Of a DNA stretch of 64,000 nt, positions 54,127-63,124 are shown in pieces. Position numbers and translations under genes: made by a program. Origin of the DNA: a bacterium (lineage in GTDB: Bacteria; Chloroflexota; Dormibacteria; Aeolococcales; Bog-877); contig JAKAXE010000005.1 of NCBI GenBank assembly GCA_021816695.1, positions 5-64,004 of the forward strand, given 5' to 3'. Position 1 is the stretch's first letter, and each line of letters begins with the position of its first letter. The notes under the pieces were generated by a model. That model did no database searches and had not been told where the DNA came from. It saw only the letters and a list, made by a program, of their open reading frames with translations.

Positions 54127-54513
54127 GTCCGGCGACCGTGTCCGGCCGCGGTCCGGCCCCGGCGCCGCCTCCACCGTCGGCCTCCGGGCAGGGAGCCGGT
54201 CGCTCGAGCCCATTGCAGCTCCCGCTGAGATCCGCATCTGGCGGGAGGTTCCCGGCGCACGCCAGGGCGGCCTGCGCACGCGCTTCAGGACAAACAGGCG
54301 GCTCGGAGAGGACGTCCCATCCGCGGGTACCCTGATGGCGACTGACCGCCTTGAGCTGCCACCGCTCCGCCCGGGGTGGAGCAGACTGGCGTTGACGGCC
54401 CTGGTCAAGCGCCCTGCCCCGATGGCAATGCTGATGGACCTAGTTCTCTTGCTGGGAGCGGAGTTCGGGATCGCTGGGCAGGCCGGCACCGCGCCGTCGT
54501 GAGGAGGAAGGGC

Positions 54514-54780
54514 ATGCGTGGCTGGAGAAGGATGAATCGGTGGCAGCGGGCCGGGATGGCGGTGGCAGCCACACTCCAGCTGGGGCTGGCCGCACTGGCG
54601 GGGGCCGACCTGGCCCAGCGAAGGCCGGAGCAGGTGCGCGGCCCCAAGTGGCGGTGGGCCATCCTGATCGGGGTGAACTACGTCGGGCCGCTCGCCTACT
54701 TCCGCTGGGGACGCGTTGCCGCCTCCCCACCTGGTGCTAGGACCGGGAATCCAGGCCCGGCCGGCCCCGTCCCCTCCTAG
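54514..54780 (+). CDS. PLD-nuclease-N-terminal (PLDc_N) family small membrane protein
   Basis: This is the C-terminal part of track ORF 54376..54780. The ATG at 54514 lies 5 nt after a GAGGAGGAAG SD. The family motif is PKWRWAILIGVNYVGPLAYFRWGR. Confidence 0.65.
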   Translation: MRGWRRMNRWQRAGMAVAATLQLGLAALAGADLAQRRPEQVRGPKWRWAILIGVNYVGPLAYFRWGRVAASPPGARTGNPGPAGPVPS

Positions 54781-54792
54781 GGCAGCCGCTCG

Positions 54793-57153
54793 GTGCCAGC
54801 GACTTCGCGGGCCTTCCTCGCTGCGCGTAGGCGTACGGGGAGGGCCTGGCTGGAGCGGGACCCGATGAACTATCCCCCCAAAGCGGGGCGGGGGACGTTG
54901 GAGATTCTCCGCGCCAACGTGTTCACCCGCTTCAACGCCATCCTCGCCGGCCTGTTGATCGTGGTCGCAGTGGTCGGACCCCCTCAGGACGGCCTGTTCG
55001 CCCTGGTGCCTGCGGTGAACACCGCGATCGGAGTCCTCCAGGAGCTGCGGGCACGACGCGCGCTGGCCCGGCTCGCTGTGGTCACCGCGCCCCGAGCCAG
55101 GGTTCGCCGGAACGGGAAGGTGGTCGAACTCCCGGTGGAGTCAGTAGTCCCAGGGGACGTGATCGAGCTTCGACCCGGCGACCAGCTGATCGCCGACGGC
55201 AGCGTGCTGAGCAGCCGTGCTTTGCAGGTCGACGAGTCACTGGTCACGGGTGAGTCCGAGCCGGCTGAGAAGGTGATTGGGGCCCCCGTCCTATCGGGAT
55301 CCTTCGTCGTCGCAGGCTCCGGGGACATCCGGGCGGAGGCGGTCGGAGAGGCCGCCTACGCCCGGCAGCTGGAGCGGGATGCCCGGACCTTCAAGTTGGT
55401 CAGATCGGAGCTCCAGGCCGGGACCAACCAGATCCTGCGCGGCGTCACCTGGGTCATGGTTCCGGCTGCCCTCCTCCTGATCAGCGCCCAGGTGATCCGC
55501 TCCGGCTCCTCCATCGACTCCGCCCTGCGCGGGTCGGTGGCCGGGGTGGGGGCCATGATCCCCGAGGGGCTCGTGCTGCTCACCTCGATCGCCTTCGCCC
55601 TGGGAGCCATCCGTCTAGCCCAGCGTCGAGTTCTGATACAGACCCTTCCGGCCGTGGAGGGGCTGGCCAGGGTCGACGTGCTCTGCATCGACAAGACGGG
55701 GACCCTCACCCAGCCCACCATGCGGGTCGCGGCGGTAGACCGGCTCGGTCCGGCCGACCCCGAGCCGGTCCTGAGCGCCCTGGGCGCCGCCGACCCCACC
55801 CCCAACGCCACCATAATCGCATTGGCCCGGAAGTACCCGGCCCCGCCGCAGTGGAGTTGCTCGAAGACGGTGCCCTTCTCATCGGCCCGGCGGTGGAGCG
55901 CCGCCGAGTTTGCCGGCCATGGCGCCTGGGTGCTAGGGGCGGCCGACGCGCTTTTGGGCCCGGGCGCCCAGCCTCCCGCCGTGGCGGAACTCATCGACCG
56001 CGGCACCGCCGCCGGGGAGCGAGTGGTCCTGCTGGCGGCGGCACCGGGCGGGCTGGCAGGTTCGTCCCTGCCCCAGAACCTACGGCCGGCAGCCGTCGTC
56101 CGCCTTCAGGAGGAGCTCCGGCCCGAGGCCGAGTCGACCATCGCCTACCTGCTCCGCCAGGGAATCACGGTGAAGGTGCTCTCCGGAGATGATCCCCGAA
56201 CGGTGGCCGCGGTCGCCCGCCGGGTCGGGGTCCCGCAGAGCGAGCACGGGGTGGATGCGGGCCGTCTTGGAGATGACCAAAAGGCTCTGGCGATGGCCAT
56301 GGCCGACGGCTCGGTCTTCGGACGCGTCGGACCGCAGCAGAAGCGGGCCATGATCGCTGCTCTGCAGTCAGCGGGCCACGTCGTGGCCATGACCGGCGAT
56401 GGGGTCAATGACGTGGCGGCACTGAAGCAGGCGGACATCGGGATCGCCATGGGCTCGGGCAGCCAAGCCAGCCGGGCGGTGGGACAGGTGCTGCTGCTGG
56501 ACAGCTCGTTCGCCGCGGTGCCCATGATCCTGTCGGAGGGGCGGCGGGTCATCGACAACGTGGAGCGGGTCGCCGGAGTGGTGGTGACCAAGACGGTTTA
56601 CGCCGCCATGCTGGCGCTGGCGATAGGCATCCTGGCGGTTCCCTACCCCTTCTACCCCCGTCACCTGACGTTGGTCAGTGCCTTCACCATCGGAATCCCG
56701 GGATTCTTCCTGGCCCTCGGTCACCGCAACCCGCGCGCCCGCGCCGGCTTCACATCCAGGGTTCTCGCCTTCACCCTCCCTGCCGGGATAGCCGCCGGCG
56801 GAGCGGTGCTCGGGGCCTATCAGCTGGCGCGGGCCAATCCCCAGGTCACCGCGGTCCAGGGCCAGACGGCGGCTGCGCTGGCCCTCTTCGTAGTGGGTAT
56901 CTGGGTGCTGGCGATGCTCAGTCGGCCGCTCAACTGGCCCAGGGCGGCGCTGGTGGCGGCGATGGTGGTGCTGGCGGCCGCGGTGGTCGCCCTCCCGCTC
57001 ACGCGGCAGGTCTTCTCAATCTCCTTTCCACCTCCAGAGGTGCTGGTCGAGACCGCCGCGGTGGCGGCGGGTGCGGTAGCAGTGGCGGCCTTCTGGCTGC
57101 GAGTGGCACCAGCGGTTAGACGGGCGCTTCCGGGAAGCTCGCATGGCCACTGA
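54793..57153 (+). CDS. P-type ATPase, P2-like cation transporter (mycobacterial CtpE-like architecture)
   Basis: Track ORF. Supporting motifs: TGESEP, the TM4 motif IPEGL, the phosphorylation site CIDKTGTLT and the hinge MTGDGVNDVAALKQADIGIAMG. An alternative ATG start lies at 54865 (MNYPP...). Confidence 0.88.
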   Translation: MPATSRAFLAARRRTGRAWLERDPMNYPPKAGRGTLEILRANVFTRFNAILAGLLIVVAVVGPPQDGLFALVPAVNTAIGVLQELRARRALARLAVVTAPRARVRRNGKVVELPVESVVPGDVIELRPGDQLIADGSVLSSRALQVDESLVTGESEPAEKVIGAPVLSGSFVVAGSGDIRAEAVGEAAYARQLERDARTFKLVRSELQAGTNQILRGVTWVMVPAALLLISAQVIRSGSSIDSALRGSVAGVGAMIPEGLVLLTSIAFALGAIRLAQRRVLIQTLPAVEGLARVDVLCIDKTGTLTQPTMRVAAVDRLGPADPEPVLSALGAADPTPNATIIALARKYPAPPQWSCSKTVPFSSARRWSAAEFAGHGAWVLGAADALLGPGAQPPAVAELIDRGTAAGERVVLLAAAPGGLAGSSLPQNLRPAAVVRLQEELRPEAESTIAYLLRQGITVKVLSGDDPRTVAAVARRVGVPQSEHGVDAGRLGDDQKALAMAMADGSVFGRVGPQQKRAMIAALQSAGHVVAMTGDGVNDVAALKQADIGIAMGSGSQASRAVGQVLLLDSSFAAVPMILSEGRRVIDNVERVAGVVVTKTVYAAMLALAIGILAVPYPFYPRHLTLVSAFTIGIPGFFLALGHRNPRARAGFTSRVLAFTLPAGIAAGGAVLGAYQLARANPQVTAVQGQTAAALALFVVGIWVLAMLSRPLNWPRAALVAAMVVLAAAVVALPLTRQVFSISFPPPEVLVETAAVAAGAVAVAAFWLRVAPAVRRALPGSSHGH

Positions 57154-59461
57154 CGCCCGGCCTCGCCTCCAGGAGCTGGTCGATCGCCACGGGGGAATGG
57201 TCTTGTTGGCGGCGACGCTGGCGGGCCTGGCGGTCGGCGGGGGACTGACGCTCCTCGGTCTTTCCCGGGCCGGCGGCGCCAGCTGGGTGGCGACCACGGC
57301 CCTGGCGACGGCTCCCAGCCTCTGGTGGGTGGTCGATGGCCTGCGCCGCTCCCGGCTGGGGGTCGACGTGATCGCCCTCCTGGCCCTGGTCGGCGCCTTG
57401 CTGGTGGGCGAGTACCTCGCCGGTGCGGTCATCGGCGTCATGGTGGCCAGCGGGCGGGCGCTCGAGGCGTGGGCGGCGGCCAGCGCCCGCCGCGAGCTGA
57501 GCTCGCTGCTCCAGCGCGCCCCCAAGGTGGGCAAGCGACACACAACCGCCGGCGTGGAGACGGTCCCGGTGCAGCAGATCGAGATCGGCGACCTCTTGCT
57601 GGTGGGGTCCGGGGACGTGGTCCCGGTGGATGGCGTTGTCGCCAGCCAGCTGGCGGTACTGGACGAGTCGGCTCTCACCGGCGAGCCACTGCCCGTCGAG
57701 CACCCCGCCGGGGAGCTGGTTCGGAGCGGAGTTGTCAACTCCGGGGACCCCTTCGACCTCCAGGTCACCGCCCGCGAGGCGGACAGCAGCTACGCAGCGA
57801 TCGTGCGGCTGGTCCGAGCGGCCGAGTCCTCCACCGCTCCCTTCGTGCGTCTGGCCGACCGCTACGCCGCCTGGTTCCTCCTGGCCACGCTGCTGATCGC
57901 GGGGGGGGCCTGGGCCTACTCCGGCGACCTGGTCCGGGCCGTGGCGGTGCTCGTGGTTGCCACCCCCTGCCCGCTGATCCTGGCGGCGCCGGTCGCCATC
58001 GTCTCTGGGCTGTCGCTCGCTGCACGCCGGGGCGTGGTGGTCAAGGGGGGACGGTCTCTGGAACAGCTGGCCCGCTGCCGGGTCCTGCTCCTCGACAAGA
58101 CCGGGACCTTGACCATCGGCCAGCCCGAGGTGGCCGACGTTTTCAGCGCCGGGACCCGATCCGGCACCGAGATCCTGCGCCTAGCGGCCTCCCTGGACCA
58201 GGCATCCTCCCACGTCCTGGCCGGCGCCATTGTGCGTGCGGCTCGCCTCTCTGGTCAGACCCTCAGCGCGCCGACCGGGGCCAGGGAGGTGCCCGGCTCC
58301 GGGATCTCTGGCGTCGTCGATGGCACCCCGATCGCACTTGGTCGGGCTGCGTTCGCCGGAGCAGCAGAGGGGCTGCCCTGGGTTCGTGCCGCGCGCCGCC
58401 GCGCGGCGCTGGAGGGTTCCGCCACCGTCTTCGTCCGGGTGGGGCCGGACGCCGCGGGCGTCCTTCTGCTCGCTGATCCGGTGCGGCCCGACGCGGCCCG
58501 GACGCTGCGAGCCCTCCGGCGGGCCGGGATCGAGAGAGTGGTCATGGTCACCGGGGACCGCCCAGAGGTCGCCCAGGCGATCGGCGCCGCGGTCGGGGTG
58601 GACGACATCTTCGCTGAGCGCGCGCCGGCGGAGAAGTCTGACGTGGTGCAGATGGAGCGCCGTCGGGGCCCGGTGATGATGGTCGGGGACGGGGTGAACG
58701 ACGCTCCAGCGCTGGCCCTGGCCGATGTCGGCGTGGCGATGGGCTCCCGCGGCGCCAGCGTTTCCTCCGAGACCGCCGACGTGGTGCTGACCGTAAACCG
58801 CCTGGATCGCCTCGGCGAGGCGATGGCGGTGGCCCGCCGCTCTCGGACCATCGCCATGCAGAGCGTGGTCGCCGGGATGGGGATGTCCCTCGCGGCGATG
58901 GCAGTGGCAGCGGCAGGCTACCTCCCACCGGTGGCCGGTGCGGTGCTGCAGGAAGCGATCGACGTCGTCGTCATCCTCAACGCGCTTCGGGCGCTGCGCC
59001 CGGGAGTGGCCTCTCGGGCCCTTCCGGTGCCGGACGCGGAGGTGATCCGGGAGTTCCGCGGACAGCATCCAGCCATCCGGGCCGCGATCGAAGGCATCCG
59101 AACCGCGGCGGAGGCGCTGGACACCGAAGAGCCGGCGGATGCCTTGCACGGCGTCCGTGAGCTGCACGCCTCGCTGGTACGCGAAGTCCAGCCCCACGAG
59201 GAGGCGGAGCAGACTGTCCTGTACCCAGTGCTGGACCGGGTACTGGGCGGCACCGACGCCACCGGGACGATGAGCCGGGCGCACGGCGAGATCCTGCACC
59301 AGATCCGTCTCCTGGGCCGCCTGCTCGACCAGATGGGCTCGGATGCCCCTGGGCCAGCCGACCTAGCCGAGCTGCGCCGCCTCCTCTTCGGCCTTTACGC
59401 GCTACTTCGACTGCACACCGAGCAGGAGGAGGAGTACTACCTCTCACTGGCAGAGGACTAG
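57143..59461 (+). CDS. P1B-5-type heavy-metal P-type ATPase with a C-terminal hemerythrin-like domain
   Basis: Track ORF. Supporting motifs: the TM motif VVATPCPLILAAP (TPCP), LLDKTGTLT and VGDGVNDAPALALADVGVAMG. No N-terminal CxxC metal-binding domain is present. The last roughly 140 aa carry hemerythrin-type His/Glu motifs (QHPAIR, PHEEAEQTVLYP, AHGEILHQI, LHTEQEEEYY). It overlaps the upstream ATPase gene by 11 nt. Confidence 0.88.
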   Translation: MATDARPRLQELVDRHGGMVLLAATLAGLAVGGGLTLLGLSRAGGASWVATTALATAPSLWWVVDGLRRSRLGVDVIALLALVGALLVGEYLAGAVIGVMVASGRALEAWAAASARRELSSLLQRAPKVGKRHTTAGVETVPVQQIEIGDLLLVGSGDVVPVDGVVASQLAVLDESALTGEPLPVEHPAGELVRSGVVNSGDPFDLQVTAREADSSYAAIVRLVRAAESSTAPFVRLADRYAAWFLLATLLIAGGAWAYSGDLVRAVAVLVVATPCPLILAAPVAIVSGLSLAARRGVVVKGGRSLEQLARCRVLLLDKTGTLTIGQPEVADVFSAGTRSGTEILRLAASLDQASSHVLAGAIVRAARLSGQTLSAPTGAREVPGSGISGVVDGTPIALGRAAFAGAAEGLPWVRAARRRAALEGSATVFVRVGPDAAGVLLLADPVRPDAARTLRALRRAGIERVVMVTGDRPEVAQAIGAAVGVDDIFAERAPAEKSDVVQMERRRGPVMMVGDGVNDAPALALADVGVAMGSRGASVSSETADVVLTVNRLDRLGEAMAVARRSRTIAMQSVVAGMGMSLAAMAVAAAGYLPPVAGAVLQEAIDVVVILNALRALRPGVASRALPVPDAEVIREFRGQHPAIRAAIEGIRTAAEALDTEEPADALHGVRELHASLVREVQPHEEAEQTVLYPVLDRVLGGTDATGTMSRAHGEILHQIRLLGRLLDQMGSDAPGPADLAELRRLLFGLYALLRLHTEQEEEYYLSLAED

Positions 59462-59649
59462 GCGACGCCCACGCGGGTGGCCCCGGACGTGGCGGGGCTG
59501 TCGGGCCGGAGGGCCGACCCTAAGGCCGGATCCCGAGGTGCCTTCGCGCTGCCTCCATCTAGACCGTGGTCCACCGCTACGGCGACGTTGACCCCTCGCG
59601 GGCGACGCCGACCGCGTCCCACCGTCCAGCCGTCACCTTCCCTATCGCC

Positions 59650-60153
59650 TCAGGCGGCCTGCCGCCCCAGCTCCTGGCCCCAGCGTCGGGCCCGGTCCAG
59701 TTCACCATCGCGAAGGGGACCGTACTTGCCTTTCACCTGAAAGGCCTCCGCCTTGGCCACAGGTCGATACCCCAGCCGCTCCAGCGCCCTCAGGATCTTG
59801 GGCGAGGCGCTCCCGAAGGGGCCCCGCACTCGGGTGTCAAAGGCGGCGCACCGGCCGGTGCCCGGGGCTAGACCGTCGAGCCACTGTTGGAGCGGAGGCT
59901 GGGTGAGGTCCGGGTCACTGGGCGCACGGCCCACCTCACTCCTGACCCCCTCCAACCGTTGCTGGGTGGGCACACCGAAGGCGATGACCGGACAGCCGAC
60001 GACCAGAAACGCGGCCTCCGCCACCACCTCGGGAGTCGCTTCCGATGTGGATAGGACTCTGGTCCCCGGTCCGATGCCTTCGGCAACCGCCCGGGCCACC
60101 TCCGCTGTGTTCCCCCACAGAGACTCGAACACTACAACTGCGTTCATGCCCAT
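59650..60153 (-). CDS. Flavodoxin-like fold protein
   Basis: Track ORF. The N-terminal AVVVFESLWGNTAEVARAVAEGI, followed by FLVVGCPVIAFG, is typical of short flavodoxin-domain proteins. Confidence 0.65.
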   Translation of the reverse strand: MGMNAVVVFESLWGNTAEVARAVAEGIGPGTRVLSTSEATPEVVAEAAFLVVGCPVIAFGVPTQQRLEGVRSEVGRAPSDPDLTQPPLQQWLDGLAPGTGRCAAFDTRVRGPFGSASPKILRALERLGYRPVAKAEAFQVKGKYGPLRDGELDRARRWGQELGRQAA

Positions 60154-60226
60154 CCCTCCGGCGGGCGGGGTGCCAAGTTCTCCGCCCTGGCCATCCTGCC
60201 CGCATCGCCCCTAGGCGATCGTACCG

Positions 60227-60541
60227 CTATTGGGGCCAACAAGCTGGAGCGAAGATCGCCTTCCAGGGGGCGGGCGGGGGGTCGCGCTTGAGTGGCGCCT
60301 GGCGGCGGCCCAAGGGGTGGGGGAAAGCTGTGCGGGATTTGCAGCCGTCGAGAGCACCCAGGGCTGGTGGTGTCGCCCCCTGCACTCCCTTGCGGTAGTT
60401 GGCTACCCCGCTGTGGAGGAGGAAGTTGAAGTGCTCCGCCATTGAGCCCATGGTGGTGAGCGTGAAGATCCCCATCACGGTACCGCTGGTGGTGAGGATG
60501 GTGCGCAGCTTCCGCCGCCAGAGGTTGCGCAGTACCTCCAT
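60227..60541 (-). pseudogene. 5' fragment of an FtsX/MacB-type ABC transporter permease gene
   Basis: Track ORF. The first roughly 45 aa (MEVLRNLWRRKLRTILTTSGTVMGIFTLTTMGSMAEHFN) match the conserved N-terminus and TM1 of MacB/FtsX-like permeases. The remaining sequence is non-homologous and Pro/Arg-rich. Only about 70 bp remain before the next gene, so the roughly 350 aa expected for the rest of the permease are missing. Confidence 0.55.
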
Positions 60542-60658
60542 CGACCGACGATCTCCTCGCGGTCGCTCCCGGCTGGGTCTGGTGCCCCGCCAGCCATGGG
60601 CTGGGGCGAAAAGCTGAAGCTGGGCTGGAACCAGGGACGGTAGGCCCGAAGGTACGGT

Positions 60659-63124
60659 TCAGGCCGAGGGTGAGCTCCCCTGGCCATCCGTCTGCGACCC
60701 ATACGCCCGCAACGCCTCGGCGTAGGTCCGCAGTTGGTCCTCGACGGCGCGGTGCACCGTTCCCACGGCAAACTCGCCCTCCACGCGCTCGCCGCTGGCA
60801 ACGCCGGTGAGCAGCTCCAGCCCCTCGTCCACTGTGGACACCGTCCAGACATGGAAGTCGTGGCGAGCCACCGCCTCCACCACGTTGGCGGAGAGCATGA
60901 GGTTGGCCTGGTTGGCAGCCGGGATCAGGACGCCCTGGTCGCCGGTGAGCCCCTGGGCCTCGCAGACTGCGAAGAAGCCCTCGATCTTCTCGTTCACCCC
61001 GCCCACCGCCTGAACGGCGCCGCGCTGGTCGATGGAGCCGGTGACCGCGATCCCCTGACGGATCGGTATCCCGGAGAGCGCCGAAAGCAGAGCGTACAGC
61101 TCGGCGGAGGACGCCGAGTCCCCGTCCACCTCGTCGTAGGCCTGCTCAAAGGTGATGCTGGCGCGAAGAGCCAGGGGCCACCTCTGAGCGTACTGGCCGG
61201 CCAGATACCCGGAGAGGATGAGGAACCCCTTGGAGTGGATCGGCCCTGAGAGGTTGATCTCCCGCTCCACGCTCTGCAGCGTCCCCGGTCCCGGCGACAC
61301 TCGCGCGGAGATGCGGGTGGGCTGGCCAAAGCGGTGATCACCGAGATCGATCACACTTAGCCCGTTGACGCAGCCGACACGCTCACCCGCGGTCTCCACC
61401 ACCAGGACCCGCTCCTGGATCAGCTCCCGGACGCGCTCCTCGATCAGGTTGGAGCGGTAGCGCCTCCGAGCCACCGCCTGGTCCACATCCTCGGCCGCAA
61501 CCACCGGGTGACCTCCGGCCGCGGCCCAGTAGCTGGCCTCGTCGACCAGGTCCGAGATGTCGAGCAGCCTGGTGGAGAGCTTGCCGCGGTGGTCCCGGAG
61601 CCGAGCACCCCACTCGACGACCCGGGCGACCGCGCCGCGGTCGAAATGGATCAGCCCTACCTCCCGGACTCGCCGGCTGATGAACGCCGCGTAGTCCAGC
61701 ACATGCTGCGGGTCCCAATCCATATCGGGCGCGAAGTCGGCCCTCACCTTGAAGAGCTCGCGGATGTCCTCATCCACCGCCTGCAACAGGCGGTACAGGG
61801 CTGGTGCGCCGACCATCACCACCTTGACATCCAGCGGGATCGGCTCGGGGCGCAGCGTCGGGGTCGGCACCAGAACCAGCTGCTCGGTGAGGTTCTCCAC
61901 GGCGACCTCCGCGGACCGGAGCGCCCGCTTGAGCGCCTCCCACGTGAAGGGGTTGCGGAGGACGTCGATCGCCTCCAGGACCAGGACGCCGCCGTTGGCG
62001 CGGTGCAGGGAGCCCGGCCGGATGTGGCTGAAGTCGGTGACGAGGGAGCCGAACTTCGAATGGTACTCAACCCGGCCAAAGAGGTTGTAGTAGGTCGGAT
62101 TGCGCTCGACCACCACCGGCGCGGCCTGAAGGGCATGGTTGTCCACCAGGACATTGACCCGGTAGCGGGCGCCGTCGTCGCTGGGACGCAGCTCCTGTAT
62201 GAGCTCTGCGGAGCCGTCGTCGTCGGGGTGCTCGCGGCGGCGCAGGGCGGCTAGGTGGTGGGGGATGTCCAGCTCCAAGGAGCTGAGGTGCGCCAGGACC
62301 GCCTCCTGCTCGCTGTACTTCTCGCGCAGCCCCGCGACCTGAGGAGCGACGGCGGCCATGACCACGCTGCGGTCGAGGTCGGCCAGCTTTTCGGTGGCCT
62401 CCTTCTCCAGTAGCCGGAGCTGGTGCGCGTGGACCTGGAGGTGCTCCTGAATCTCCGTCCCGGCCCGCTCCAGGGCCGCCCTCCGATCGCCAGGCAGGTG
62501 CTCCAGATCCTCCGGCGACAACGGCTGGCCGTCCTTCATCGGCACCACCGCTACGCCGAACGGCGTCGCCTGCAGCGCGAAGCCACGCTCGGCGGCGAAG
62601 GCGTCCAGCTCCCGGCGCAGGCCCTGACGCTGCTCATTGATCTCAGCGATCTGCTCCCGGCGGTGCTGCTGGTAGGCATCACTCTCGAAAGCCCGGTCCA
62701 GATCTCGGCGCACGGTCTCGATGAACGAGTCCATGTCGGCAGCAAACTCCGTCCCCCGACCAGGTGGAAGGGCGATCGCGGCGGGCTGGCTGGCATTTTG
62801 GAAGTTGTTCACATAGACCCAGTCACTGGGGACGGCAAGCTGCGCAGACCAGCGCCCCAGGTGGTCCAGTACCGCGGTGACTCGGCCGGATCCCGGAGTC
62901 CCCGTGACGAAGAGGTTGTATCCCGGAGTGTGGATGCCAAGGCCAAACTGCAGCGCCTCAACGGCCCGCGGCTGGCCCACAGTCCCCGTCAGGCTGTCCA
63001 CCTCCGCCGTGGTGGCGAAGGGGAGGGCTGCGGGGTCCAGGCGCCGACACAACTGCTCGGGACCCAGCTCACGGGCCGGCTCACCGGCGTCTGGCCGGGG
63101 ACGAGTTGCCTCCAACTCCGTCAC
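60659..63124 (-). CDS. Lon-related protease (LonC-like: AAA-like domain with a degenerate Walker A plus a Lon proteolytic domain)
   Basis: Track ORF of 821 aa. The N-terminal region is GTVGQPRAVEALQFGLGIHTPGYNLFVTGTPGSGRVTAVL. The C-terminal Lon protease domain has a Ser-Lys dyad context (GDSASSAELYALLSALSGIPIRQGIAVTGSIDQRGAVQAVGGVNEKIEGFF). Confidence 0.85.
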   Translation of the reverse strand: MTELEATRPRPDAGEPARELGPEQLCRRLDPAALPFATTAEVDSLTGTVGQPRAVEALQFGLGIHTPGYNLFVTGTPGSGRVTAVLDHLGRWSAQLAVPSDWVYVNNFQNASQPAAIALPPGRGTEFAADMDSFIETVRRDLDRAFESDAYQQHRREQIAEINEQRQGLRRELDAFAAERGFALQATPFGVAVVPMKDGQPLSPEDLEHLPGDRRAALERAGTEIQEHLQVHAHQLRLLEKEATEKLADLDRSVVMAAVAPQVAGLREKYSEQEAVLAHLSSLELDIPHHLAALRRREHPDDDGSAELIQELRPSDDGARYRVNVLVDNHALQAAPVVVERNPTYYNLFGRVEYHSKFGSLVTDFSHIRPGSLHRANGGVLVLEAIDVLRNPFTWEALKRALRSAEVAVENLTEQLVLVPTPTLRPEPIPLDVKVVMVGAPALYRLLQAVDEDIRELFKVRADFAPDMDWDPQHVLDYAAFISRRVREVGLIHFDRGAVARVVEWGARLRDHRGKLSTRLLDISDLVDEASYWAAAGGHPVVAAEDVDQAVARRRYRSNLIEERVRELIQERVLVVETAGERVGCVNGLSVIDLGDHRFGQPTRISARVSPGPGTLQSVEREINLSGPIHSKGFLILSGYLAGQYAQRWPLALRASITFEQAYDEVDGDSASSAELYALLSALSGIPIRQGIAVTGSIDQRGAVQAVGGVNEKIEGFFAVCEAQGLTGDQGVLIPAANQANLMLSANVVEAVARHDFHVWTVSTVDEGLELLTGVASGERVEGEFAVGTVHRAVEDQLRTYAEALRAYGSQTDGQGSSPSA

